From Mobula hypostoma (lineage: Eukaryota): a stretch of 64,000 nucleotides of DNA. Positions 12,933 through 24,949 of the stretch are shown here, piece after piece (the first letter of the stretch is position 1; every line of letters starts with the position of its first letter). Below the pieces are notes generated by a model. The model saw only the letters and a list, made by a program, of their open reading frames with translations. It was not told the DNA's origin and ran no database searches. The position numbers and the translations under genes are program-made. The stretch is taken from assembly GCF_963921235.1 (NCBI RefSeq), contig NC_086097.1:187986001-188050000 (forward strand), read 5' to 3'.

Positions 12933-13360
12933 CTTAGAGATACGTCACAGGTAAGGGCCCCACAGCCCAATGAAGCCACCGTGTTCAATTACATCTAAAT
13001 AACTAATTTATCTACTAACCCATTTGTCTTTGAAATGTGGTAGGAAACTCGAGCATCCTCAGGAAACCCACATGGTCACAGGAAGAATGTACAAACTGCT
13101 TACAGACAGCAGCCGGAATTGAACCCAAGTCGGATCATGATGTAATGCAGCTGTAAGATCAGAGTTTGAGTCCCACACTGTCCAGGCTGACTAAAGGTTT
13201 CCTCCAGGTGCTCCCATATTCCAAAGATGTATGGTTAGGGTTAGTGAGTTGTGGGCATGCAATGTTGACACCAGAAGCCTGGCACGCTCCTTGCTAATTT
13301 AATGCAAATGACACATTTCTCTCTATGTTTCAATGTACATGTGACAAATAAAGCTGATCT
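12933..13360. mobile_element. Two head-to-head V-domain (HE1-like) SINEs: ~12933-13150 (-) and ~13160-13360 (+)
   Basis: GGAAACCCACATGGTCACA and GGTTTCCTCCAGGTGCTCC V-domain-like cores; B-box-like GGAATTGAACCC on the minus copy. Confidence 0.65.
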
Positions 13361-13369
13361 CCTAAATTG

Positions 13370-15272
13370 GAGCAGGGCTAGTTTTGTAGGAATTAGACAG
13401 TATCTGTAGAGCTTTAAAGGGTGGCCGGAGAGAGAGTAAGTAGCCTCAGAGATCAGCAGGTCTTCTGAGGTCTCGAGCCATGGGATATGGGTGACATTTT
13501 TAATGACTATTTCTCATGTTTACTAAGGAAAAAAATCATGGTTTCTGAAGAGATAATGGAAAAAGTGCAGATGTTTTAGAGAACATTCATATTACCAAGA
13601 AGGATGTATTTGCATACTTATAGCACATTAATGTGAAAAATTCCCCAGTCTTGATCAAGTGCATCCTCTGAGTTCATGGGAGGCTACAGGAAATTACAAA
13701 GACCCTTGCAAATATATCTGCTTCTATTGTTAGTCACTGGTGAATTCCCAAAGACTGGAAGCTGGCAAATACTGTTCTGTTGTTTTAAGATGGGTTGCAA
13801 GGACAAACAGGCTAATCAGCCTGACATCGCTTGTGGAAAACTAATGGAGGAAATTGAGGGGGATGATATAACAGCATTCGGACAGCCTGATTAGGAGGAG
13901 TCAGTGTGGCTTTATGTGTGGAATGTCATGCTTGAAGAACCTTCTTCTCTTTGAAGTGGTAACAAAAACGGTAGATGAGGGCAGGGCAGTGGATGTTGTC
14001 TATTTAGACTTCAACAAATTCCTGCATGGTTAAGCTGGTCTGGCAGTTTAGGTCACATGGAATCCAAGGAGAGCTAGTTTGATAGATCAAAATTGGTTCA
14101 GAGGTAGGTTGTTGAAGGTTACTTCTTGGAATGGACATTGGTGATTTGTGATGTGTAGTAAGGGTGGGTGTTGGGACTCTTGTTCATTATTTATTTAAAT
14201 AACTTGTATACAGATGCTCAAGGCTTGATCAATAAGTTTGTGGATGACATAAAATTAGGAATTATTGATAGTATGGAAGATTATCACAGATTAAAGGAAA
14301 GCTTGATCAGTTAGCAAAGTGGGTCAAGGAATGACAAATGAATTTCAATAGTGATAAGTGTGAGAAGATGCTCATTGGAAAGTTAACCAGTGTTGGACTC
14401 GTACTATAAATGATAGGGCACTGGGCAGCGTAATGGAACAGAGGGATCTCAGTGTAATGACATAGTTTGTTGAAAGCTATTTAGGGTGGTGCTGACCTTC
14501 ATCAGTCAAGCATTTGAACACAAGAGTTGGGAAATGTTGTTATTGTTATTCCTTTCCATGCCTTATAGCATATCGGGTGGCAGCCTTGCCATTTGCCTGC
14601 TTTTACGAGGCCTAGTTGCTACTTGACACTCAACCCAGCATGGATGGAAAGCATGCAGAGAGCCAGCCCGATTCAAACCCGGGGCCACATCTCTTGAAGT
14701 CCAGTGCAGATGCCACTACACCACTGGCTGGCTAGAATTGGGAAATGTTGCAGTTATACAAGTCATTGTTGAGATTGCACTTGAATACTATGTACAGTTT
14801 TGATCAGTGTTTTATAGGAAATATGTGATTAAACCAGAAAGAGTGCAGGAAAGATCTCCAAGAATGTTACCAGGTCTAGAAGGCCTGACTGGGAGGTTGG
14901 ATAGGTCTTTTCCTTGGACATAGGAGAAAAAGGGGTGACTTTATAGAAATGTTTGAAACTGCTTTATGAAAGACATAGATAAGCTGGATGGTATTCCCCA
15001 GCCTGGAGAGTTCAAAATTAGGGGGAATATATCAGAGGGTGAGAGAGGAAAGCTTTTCATGCAGGGGATGTTGAGTAGATGGAATGTGCTGCCAGAAGAA
15101 GCGGTTGAGGCAGATATAATATTATCAGTTAAGAACTTGGAGAGTGCATGGAGGGATGAGGCTTAGCAAGATATGGGCTGAATGCAGGCGATTGGGACTA
15201 GCTAGGTGGGCACCATGGTTGGCACAGCTTCAGTGGGCTGAGCCTATCTTCATGCTATATTGTTCTGTCTAT
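13370..15272 (+). mobile_element. Old CR1 LINE remnant
   Basis: Degenerate RT motifs (GTGGATGTTGTCTATTTAGACTTC) and CR1-type 3' end. Confidence 0.8.
14540..14733 (-). mobile_element. tRNA-derived SINE
   Basis: Minus head with A-box-like TGGTGTAGTGG and B-box-like GGTTTGAATC; (AATAAC)-type tail; 17-bp TSD with 1 mismatch (14523-14539 and 14734-14750). Confidence 0.8.
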
Positions 15273-17653
15273 AGTGTTAGGTTGGACTCACCTTGTGAGT
15301 TCCTCCACACACAACTAGTCTCATCACTTTCGCATTTTCTTCCAGAATGGCTGAGTTGTGGGTGTCTGGAATGTGTGTTTGCTAAGAAGCTCTGGAAGAG
15401 AAGTTTCAGTCATAATCGAGATTCATCCCACCTAGCTGTGTGACACAGGACAGTGCTCCATGGTATGTTTGTGGGGACATGCATTGAGACGAACATGCCC
15501 TGCTACTGTAAGATAACACAGTGAAAGTTACCTTTAATGTCAAACTTCCTGCTCTTCCATACAAGATGCCATCAATATCTGAATGTGTAGACTGGCACAT
15601 TTCAATGTCAGATTCAAAATTGACATATGCCAGTGATATTAACATTTTTTGTTAATATCACTGGCATCTGTCATGAAATCTGTTGTTTTGCAACAGCAGT
15701 ACATTACAATACATAATAATAAAAAAACTATAAATACAATAAGAAATATGTATAAAATACATTAAATAAGTAGTGCAAAAAGAGAGCAAAAGAAAGAGAA
15801 AAATATAATGAAGTGGTGTACATAGGTTCATTGCCCATTCAGAAAGCAATGCATTGTGCAAAGGGATGTACCGAAGCTGGGTATAGCCGCCACAAACACT
15901 TTGTGGAACGGTCACAATTTAAAGCCTTGCCACCATACCTCACTGCAGGGAAGAAACCCACATAAAATCATTTAACATATTTTTGAAGGAATATATGTAA
16001 GTAATAGTTGATACTACTGTTAAAATGTTAATTTTACAAGTAACTAGACTGATATGGCTTGTGTAGGGAATAGCAAATTGCGAGTGCCTATACTGTATGT
16101 GGTGACATCTATGTACTCTGATGATAAATTTTACTTTGACTTTGATATAGCTTCAAATTGCAGCAACAATGTATTTTTAAAATAATAATTCTCAATTAAA
16201 AATAATTAGGATGCTTGACTTAGAATAGGTGTATTGTTGTCTTACTGTTTCCTCTGGTTCAATTGCTATTTTCTGTCTTCACAATAAAAGCTGAAGTAGG
16301 AGGTTTAAGCTTTGTGACTCTTAACATATTTTATTGCAATCATCAAACTTCTGCTCATATTATTCCAAATGCAGTTGATATGAAACTCTGAAGATTACTA
16401 CAAACAATCAATTCATGCTGATCTGTTTTAATCCTACCCAAAAAAACACTTGAATTACTGTATCTACATTCAAAACACCTGTGACTGGGTTAATACAAAG
16501 ACTGCCACATATGGTGAAGCATGAACAGAATGTTATGAAATACTATATTAACATCTCCGCAATGTATACAATCCATTCTTTCAGCAGGAACAAAAGTTGG
16601 TAGAATAATCATTTTTAATTGGAAAATTTGTCATTGAGTTTTATAGTGCATATTTCTCCCTTCCCGTTGTTATGGTGAAGAACCTCTATGCAGGTATTGT
16701 AGAAACAAAACCAGCTTGAGAATGAGAGCCCTTACTATTGTTCATTTGGCACTTTGCTGGATAAGCTGGAAAATGTTAACATAATTGACGTGCAGGCTCT
16801 TTCCCCACCTTCTCAAGGATTAGAATGGTTCTTTTTATCTGTATTTCAAACTCCTCTCGCAGTCCTACTCCCACCTAAAGCCAATGGTTTAACGGTCTAA
16901 GCAGTATGGTTTGATCAGTTTTGCAATACCAGCAAACGCAACCTGTTTAGAACCTGCAACCAACTTAGATTGCAGTGTAATTTAAAATGAAATAATTGTT
17001 TGAAATACAAATCACTGAATTCTGAAGTGTATTTTTAGATATTATTTTTAGTCTTAACAGTCCAGGTTATGAAGGTAATGTTCTGAGGTTATGATCTATG
17101 CCTCTTGGAGAGAGTTTTTCATACATTTTACTAATTAAAAGTTTATTCAATCACACTGAATATCTCAGAAAAGTAACTCTAGTGCCCTCACAAAGCTAGG
17201 CAGGAAGTTTAACATCTTCTCAAAAATCATCCAGCCAGAAGCTTTCTTCAGTCCTCTTAATGAGAAAAAACTTGTGAAACTTCAGAAAGTTAAGTAAAAC
17301 ACATATTAAATTCAATGCAGAATCATCATACACTTGAATATACAAATACTTTTGATTATTCTCATGATCAGAGTTAACCACTGTGTGTACCTACACCTCA
17401 GGGACTGAAGCAGTTCAAGAAGGCAGCTCATCACCACATTCTTAAGGGCAACTGGGGATGGGCAATAAATGCTGGCTTAGCTGGTGACACCCACATTACA
17501 TAAATGACTAAATTTTTAAAAAATAATACACACATGCTACATCCCATGTCTATGCCATGTAGACCAAAGTGAACTCGTGGTGCCATGACAGTTTAATACA
17601 GATAATTGATAAACATAATACTTCCTTCAAACTACATCTACTAAATCAACCTT

Positions 17654-20600
17654 CATAGAACATTCATAGAATAGTGCAGCACAGTACAGGCCCTTCGGCC
17701 CACAATGTTGTGCTGACCCTCAAACCCTGCCTCCCATATAACCCCCCACCTTAAATTCCTCCATATACCTGTCTAGTAGTCTCTTAAACTTCACTAGTGT
17801 ATCTGCCTCCACCACTGACTCAGGCAGTGCATTCCACGCACCAACCACTCTCTGAGTAAAAAACCTTCCTCTAATATCCCCCTTGAACTTCCCACCCCTT
17901 ACCTTAAAGCCATGTCCTCTTGTATTGAGCAGTGGTGCCCTGGGGAAGAGGCGCTGGATATCCACTCTATCTATTCCTCTTATTATCTTGTACACCTTTA
18001 TCATGTCTCTTCTCATCCTCCTTCTCTCCAAAGAGTAAAGTCTTAGCTCCCTTAATCTCTGATCATAATGCATACTCTCTAAACCAGGCAGCATCCTAGT
18101 AAATCTCCTCTGTACCCTTTCAAATGCTTCCACATCTTTCCTATAGTGAGGCGACTAGAACTGGACACAGTACTCCAATTGTGGCCTAACCAGAGTTTTA
18201 TAGAGCTGCATCATTACATCGCGACTCTTAAACTCTATCCCTCGACTTATGAAAGCTAACACCCCATAAGCTTTCTTAACTACCCTATCCACCTGTGAGG
18301 CAACTTTCAGGGATCTGTGGACGTGTAACCCCAGATCCCTCTACTCCTCCACACTACCAAGTATCCTGCCATTTACTTTGTACTCTGCCTTGGAGTTTGT
18401 CCTTCCAAAGTGTACCACTTCACACTTCTCCAGATTGAACTCCATCTGCCACTTCTCAGCCCACTTCTGCATCCTATCAATGTCTCTCTGCAATCTTTGA
18501 CAATCCTCTACACTATCTACAACACCACCAACCTTTTTGTCGACTGCGAACTTGCCAACCAACCCTTCTACCCCAACATCCAGGTCGTTAATAAAAATCA
18601 CGAAAAGTAGAGGTCCCAGAACAGATCCTTGTGGGACACCACTAGTCACAATCCTCCAATCTGAATGTACTCCCTTCACCACGACCCTCTGCCTTCTGCA
18701 GGCAAGCCAATTCTGAATCCACCTGGCCAAACTTCCCTGGATCCCATGCCTTCTGACTTTCTGAATAAGCCTACCGTGTGGAACCTTGTCAAATGCCTTA
18801 CTAAAATCCATATAGATCACATCCACTGCACTACTCTCATCTATATGCCTGGTCACCTCCTCAAAGAACTCTATCAGGCTTGTTAGACATGATCTGCCCT
18901 TCACAAAGCCTTGCTGACTGTCCCTGATCAGACCATGATTCTCTAAATGCCTAGAGATCCTATCTCTAAGAACATTTTCCAATAGCTTTCCCACCACAGA
19001 CGTAAGGCTCGCTGGTCTATAATTACCCAGACTATCCCTACTACCTTTTTTGAACAAGGGGACAACGTTCGCCTCCCTCCAATCCTCTGGTACCATTCCT
19101 GTGGACAACGAAGACATAAAGATACTAGCCAGAGGCTCAGTAATCTCTTTCCTTGCTTTGTGGAGCAGCCTAGGGAATATTCCGTCAGGCCCCGGGGACT
19201 TATCCGTCCTAATGTATTTTAATAACTCCGACACCTCCTCTCCCTTAATATCAACATGCGCCAGAACATCAACCTCACTCATATTGTCCTCACCATCATC
19301 AAGTTCCCTCTCATTGGTGAATACCGAAGAGAAGTATTCATTGAGGACCTCGCACACTTCCACAGCCTCCAGGCACATCTTCCCACCTTTATCTTTAATC
19401 GGTCCTACCTTCACTCCTGTCATCCTTTTTTTCTTCACAGAATTAAAGAATGCCTTGGGGTTTTCCTTTACCCAACTCACCAAGGGCTTCTCATGCCCTC
19501 TTCTTGCTCTTCTTAGCTCCTTCTTAAGCTCCTTTCTTGCTTCCCTATATTCCTCAATAGACCTATCTGATCCTTGCTTCCTAAACCTCATGAATGCTGC
19601 CTTCTTTCACCTGACTAGATTTTCTACCTCACCTGTCACCCATGGTTCCTTCACCCTACCAATCTTTATCTTCCTCACCGGGACAAATTTATCCCTAACA
19701 TCCTGCAAGAGATGTCTAAACATCGAACACATGTCCATAGTACATTTCCCTGCAAAAACATCATCCCAATTCACACCCACAAGTTCTAGCCTTATAGCCT
19801 CATAATTTGCCTTTCCCCAATTAAAAATTTTCCTGTCCTCTCTGATTCTATCCTTTTCCATGATAATGCTAAAGGCCAGGGAGCAGTGGTTACTGTCCCC
19901 CAGATGCTCATCCACTGAGAGATCTGTGACCTGGCCCGGTTCATTACCTAGTACTAGATCTAGTATGGCAAAATTCCCCCTGGTCGGCCTGTCCACATAC
20001 TGTGACAGGAATCCATCCTGGACACACTTAACAAACTCTGCCCCATCTAAACCCTTGGAACTAATCAGGTGCCAATCAATATTAGGGAAGTTAAAGTAAC
20101 CCATGATAACAACCCTGTTATTTTTGTACCTTTCTAAAATCTGCCTCCCAATCTGCTCCTCTGTATCTCTGCTGCTACCAGGGGGCCTATAGAATACCCC
20201 CAATAGAGTAACTGCTCCCTTCCTGTTCCTGACTTCCACCCAGACTGACTCAAAAGAAGATCCTGCTACATTACCCACCCTTTCTGTAGCTGTAATAGTA
20301 TCCTTGACCAGTAATGCCACCCCTCCTCCCTTTTTCCCCCCTCTCTATCCCTTTTAAAGCACTGAAATCCAGGAATATTGAGAATCCATTCCTGCCCTGG
20401 TACCAGCCAAGTCTCTGTAATGGCCATTACATCATAATTCCATGTACGTATCCAAGCTCTCAGTTTATCACCTTTGTTCCTGATGCTTCTTGCATTGAGG
20501 TACACATATTTCAGCCCTTCTACCTTACTGTCTTTACACCATTTATTCTGCTTCTCTTTCCTCAAAGCCTCTCTATATGTTAGATCTGGCTTTACTCCAT

Positions 20601-21350
20601 GCACTTCTTTCACTGCTCTATCGCTCTGGGTCCCATCCCCCTTCTAATTAGTTTAAACTCTCCCGAACCATGCTAGCAAACCTACCTGCAAGGATATTGC
20701 TCCCCCTCGAGTTCAGGTGCAACCCATCCAATCTGTACAGGTCCTACCTTCCCCAGAAGAGATCCCAATGATCCAGAAATCTAAAACCCTGCTCCCTGCA
20801 CCAACTCCTCAGCCACGCATTCAACTGCCATGTCCTTCAATTCTTACCATCACTGTCACATAGCACTGGCAGCAATCCTGAGAACGCCACCCCTGAGGTC
20901 CTGTTCTTCAGCCTTCTGCCTAGTTCCCGAAACTCACACTTCAGGACCTCATCCCTCTTCCTGCCTATGTCATCGGTCCCAACATGTACCACAACTTCTG
21001 GATGCTTTCCCTCTCGTACCAGGATGTCGTGCACCTGGTCAGAGACATCCCGGACCCTGGCCCCCGGGAGGCAACAAACCATGTGGGTGTCCTTCTCATG
21101 TCCACAAAATCTCCTGTCTGCTCTCCTGACTATAGAGTCTCCAATGACGACAGCTCTCCTCTTCTCCGTCCCACGATTCTGCACCACGGGGGTCAGACTC
21201 AGTGCCGGGGGCCCTGCCACCGTGGCTCACACATGGTCGGTCATCCCCGCCTACAGTATCCAGGACAGTAAACTTATTATTCAGGGAAATGGCTACAGGG
21301 GTGCTCTGCACTACCTGTCTGCTCACCTTTTCTTTCCCCCCTCTGACTGT
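17654..21350 (-). mobile_element. Young CR1 LINE with ORF1 (SGNH esterase) and ORF2, 5'-truncated
   Basis: ORF1 VVIGDSIVR..CLPGA..VHVGTDD (20837-21220); ORF2 pieces 20266-20613 (YLNARS), 19607-20320, 18341-19591 (GVPQGSVLGP; FAVD) and 17720-18133; TTCTATG-type tail. Confidence 0.95.
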
Positions 21351-22144
21351 CCAAAATGATAGGAGAAGACAGGAGGGGGATGGATGGAGCCAAGAGCTGG
21401 ACAGTTGATTGGCAAAAGGGATATGAGAGGATCATGGGACAGGAGGCCTAGGGAGGAAGAAAAGGGGGGGGGACCCAGAGGATGGGCAAGGGGTATAGTG
21501 AGAAGGACAGAGGGAGAAAAAGGGGAGAGAGAAAAAGAATGTGTGTTTATAAATAATTAATGGATGTGGTATGAGGGGGAGGTGGGGCATTAGCGGAAGT
21601 TTGAGAAGTCAGTGTTCATGCCATCAGGTTGGAGGCTACCCAGACGGAATATAGGGTGTTGTTCCTCCAACCTGAGTGTGGCTTCATCTTTACAGTAGAG
21701 GAGGCCGTGGATAGACATATCAGAATGGGAATGGGATGTGGAATTAAAATGTGTGGCCACTGGGAGATCCTGCTTTCTCTAGACAGAGCGTAGGTGTTCA
21801 GCAAAACGATCTCCCAGTCTGCGTCGGGTCTCGCCAATATATAGAAGGCCATATCAGGAGCACCGGATGCAGTATATCACCCCAGCCGACTCACAGGTGA
21901 AGTGTCACCTCACCTGGAAGGACTGTCTGGGGCCCTGAATGGTGGTAAAGGAGGAAGTGTGCTATACATGCCCTCCCACTTTCAAATCTCTTACTATCTC
22001 TTCTTTCAGTTAGTCCTGACAAAAGGTCTCGGCCCGAAACGTCGACTGTACCCTTTCCTAGAGATGCTGCCTGGCCTGCTGCGTTCACCAACAACTTTGA
22101 TGTGTTTTGCTTGAATTTCCAGCATCTGCAGATTTCCTCAAGTT
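21351..22144. mobile_element. Inverted PLE with GIY-YIG endonuclease remnant (minus arm) and degenerate hammerhead (plus arm, 22012-22047)
   Basis: Minus translation YCIRCS.YGLLYIGETRRRLGDRFAEH..HFNS..LEEQH..LGSLQPDGMN; plus arm from ~21970 has CTGACAA core variant. Confidence 0.9.
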
Positions 22145-22373
22145 TACGTCTACTAAATGTCCACCAATATTAAAAAAAAACTAAATACTCACAGATATTC
22201 CTATTTCAAGGGCAAATGAAGAATGGTTGGAGATAGATGGCTTTCTACCATGTACTTGAAGTCAAAATCCAAACTAACTCATGCAGAAAATTATATAAAA
22301 CACAGCTTACATACAGGAAGAGACGGTATACAAAATGAACATCACCACATCAGTAATATTGGGTGGCTTTTAA

Positions 22374-24851
22374 GTGAAAAGCTTTATCACCCACCATGGA
22401 GATGGTATTAAACAGGAAATTAGAAATGTGTGCAATAAAGGAACAGCAGTTATAATGGGTGACTTCAATCTACATGTAGACTGGGTGAACCAAATTGGTA
22501 AAGGTGCTGAGGAAGAGGATTTCTTGGAATGTATGCGGGATGGTTTTTTGAACCAACATGTCGAGGAACCGACTAGAGAGCAGGCTATTCTGGACTGGGT
22601 TTTGAGCAATGAGGAAGGGTTAATTAGCGATCTTGTCGTGAGAGGCCCCTTGGGTAAGAGTGACCATAATATGGTGGAATTCTTCATTAACATGGAGAGT
22701 GACGTAGTTAATTCAGAAACAAAGGTTCTGAACTTAAAGAGGGGTAACTTTGAAGGTATGAGACATGAATTAGCTAAGATAGACTGGCAAATGACACTTC
22801 AAGGATTGACGGTGGATATGCAATGGCAGGCATTTAAAGGTTGCATGGATGAACTACAACAATTGTTCATCCCAGTTTGGCAAAAGAATAAATCAAGGAA
22901 GGTAGTGCACCCGTGGCTGACAAGAGAAATTAGGGATAGTATCAATTCCAAAGAAGTAGCATACAAATTAGCCAGAGAAAGTGGCTCACCTGAGGACTGG
23001 GAGAAATTCAGAGTTCAGCAGAGGAGGACAAAGGGCTTAATTAGGAAGGGGAAAAAAGATTATGAGAGAAAACTGGCAGAGAACATAAAAACGGACTGTA
23101 AAAGCTTTTATAGATATGTAAAAAGGAAAAGACTGATAAAGACAAATGTAGGTCCCCTGCAAACAGAAACAGGTGAATTGATTATGGGGAGCAAGGACAT
23201 GGCAGACCAATTGAATAATTACTTTGGTTCTGTCTTCACTAAGGAGGACATAAATAATCTTCCAGAAATAGTAAGGGACAGAGGGTCCAGTGAGATGGAG
23301 GAACTGAGCGAAATACATGTTAGTAGGGAAGTGGTGTTAGGTAAATTGAAGGGATTGAAGGCAGATAAATCCCCAGGGCCAGATGGTCTGCATCCCAGAG
23401 TGCTTAAGGAAGTGGCCCAAGAAATAGTGGATGCATTAGTGATAATTTTTCAAAACTCGTTAGATTCTGGACTAGTTCCTGAGGATTGGAGGGTGGCTAA
23501 TGTAACCCCACTTTTTAAAAAAGGAGGGAGAGAGAAACCGGGGAATTATAGGCCGGTTAGCCTAACGTCGGTGGTGGGGAAACTGCTGGAGTCAGTTATC
23601 AAGGATGTGATAACAGCACATTTGGAAAGCGGTGAAATGATCGGACAAAGTCAGCATGGATTTGTGAAAGGAAAATCATGTCTGACGAATCTCATAGAAT
23701 TTTTTGAGGATGTAACTAGTAGAGTGGATAGGGGAGAACCAGTGGATGTGGTATATTTGGATTTTCAAAAGGCTTTTGACAAGGTCCCGCATAGGAGATT
23801 AGTGTGCAAACTTAAAGCACACGGTATTGGGGGTAAGGTATTGGTGTGGGTGGAGAATTGGTTAGCAGACAGGAAGCAAAGAGTGGGAATAAACGGGACC
23901 TTTTCAGAATGGCAGACGGTGACTAGTGGGGTACCGCAAGGCTCAGTGCTGGGACCCCAGTTGTTTACAATATATATTAATGACTTGGATGAGGGAATTA
24001 AATGCAGCATCTCCAAGTTTGCGGATGACACGAAGCTGGGTGGCAGTGTTAGCAGTGAGGAGGATGCTAAGAGGATGCAGGGTGACTTGGATAGGTTGGG
24101 TGAGTGGGCAAACTCATGGCAGATGCAATTTAATGTGGATAAATGTGAAGTTATCCACTTTGGTGGCAAAAATAGGAAAACAGATTATTATCTGAATGGT
24201 GGCCGATTAGGAAAAGGGGAGGTGCAACGAGACCTGGGTGTCATTATACACCAGTCATTGAAAGTGGGCATGCAGGTACAGCAGGCGGTGAAAAAGGCGA
24301 ACGGTATGCTGGCATTTATAGCGAGAGGATTCGAGTACAGGAGCAGGGAGGTACTACTGCAGTTGTACAAGGCCTTGGTGAGACCACACCTGGAGTATTG
24401 TGTGCAGTTTTGGTCCCCTAATCTGAGGAAAGACATCTTTGCCATAGAGGGAGTACAAAGAAGGTTCACCAGATTGATTCCTGGGATGGCAGGTCTTTCA
24501 TATGAAGAAAGACTGGATGAACTGGGCTTGTACTCGTTGGAATTTAGAAGATTGAGGGGGGATCTGATTGAAACGTATAAGATCCTAAAGGGATTGGACA
24601 GGCTAGATGCAGGAAGATTGTTCCCGATGTTGGGGAGGTCTAGAACGAGGGGTCACAGTTTGAGGATAGAGGGGAAGCCTTTTAGGACCGAGGTTAGGAA
24701 AAACTTCTTCACACAGAGAGTGGTGAATCTGTGGAATTCTCTGCCACAGCAAACTGTTGAGGCCAGTTCATTAGCTATGTTTAAAAGGAAGTTAGATATG
24801 GCCCTTGTGGCTACAGGGGTCAGGGGGTATGGAGGGAAGGCTGGGTTCTGA
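22374..24851 (+). CDS. CR1 ORF2 (partial APE endonuclease plus complete RT), 825 aa open frame; listed start lies in flank
   Basis: MGDFN, SDHN, GNYRPVSLTS, YLDFQKAFD, GVPQGSVLGP, FADD, LEYCVQFWSP. Confidence 0.85.
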   Translation: MKSFITHHGDGIKQEIRNVCNKGTAVIMGDFNLHVDWVNQIGKGAEEEDFLECMRDGFLNQHVEEPTREQAILDWVLSNEEGLISDLVVRGPLGKSDHNMVEFFINMESDVVNSETKVLNLKRGNFEGMRHELAKIDWQMTLQGLTVDMQWQAFKGCMDELQQLFIPVWQKNKSRKVVHPWLTREIRDSINSKEVAYKLARESGSPEDWEKFRVQQRRTKGLIRKGKKDYERKLAENIKTDCKSFYRYVKRKRLIKTNVGPLQTETGELIMGSKDMADQLNNYFGSVFTKEDINNLPEIVRDRGSSEMEELSEIHVSREVVLGKLKGLKADKSPGPDGLHPRVLKEVAQEIVDALVIIFQNSLDSGLVPEDWRVANVTPLFKKGGREKPGNYRPVSLTSVVGKLLESVIKDVITAHLESGEMIGQSQHGFVKGKSCLTNLIEFFEDVTSRVDRGEPVDVVYLDFQKAFDKVPHRRLVCKLKAHGIGGKVLVWVENWLADRKQRVGINGTFSEWQTVTSGVPQGSVLGPQLFTIYINDLDEGIKCSISKFADDTKLGGSVSSEEDAKRMQGDLDRLGEWANSWQMQFNVDKCEVIHFGGKNRKTDYYLNGGRLGKGEVQRDLGVIIHQSLKVGMQVQQAVKKANGMLAFIARGFEYRSREVLLQLYKALVRPHLEYCVQFWSPNLRKDIFAIEGVQRRFTRLIPGMAGLSYEERLDELGLYSLEFRRLRGDLIETYKILKGLDRLDAGRLFPMLGRSRTRGHSLRIEGKPFRTEVRKNFFTQRVVNLWNSLPQQTVEASSLAMFKRKLDMALVATGVRGYGGKAGF

Positions 24852-24949
24852 GTTGGATGATCAGCCATGATCATAATAAATGGCGGTGCAGGCTCGAAGG
24901 GCCGAATGGCCTACTCCTGCACCTATTTTCTATGTTTCTATGTTTCTAT
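22397..24949 (+). mobile_element. Very young 5'-truncated CR1 LINE
   Basis: Uninterrupted reading frame; 3' tail (TTTCTATG)n. Confidence 0.96.

Noticed and set aside
19050..19805. 251-aa plus-strand ORF and similar antisense ORFs over CR1 copies
   Set aside because: Shadow frames antisense to CR1 ORF2
22193..22254. Possible 62-nt minus-strand exon (TCT|gtgagt)
   Set aside because: Weak splice context, unrecognised peptide, lies beyond the CNBD1 stop
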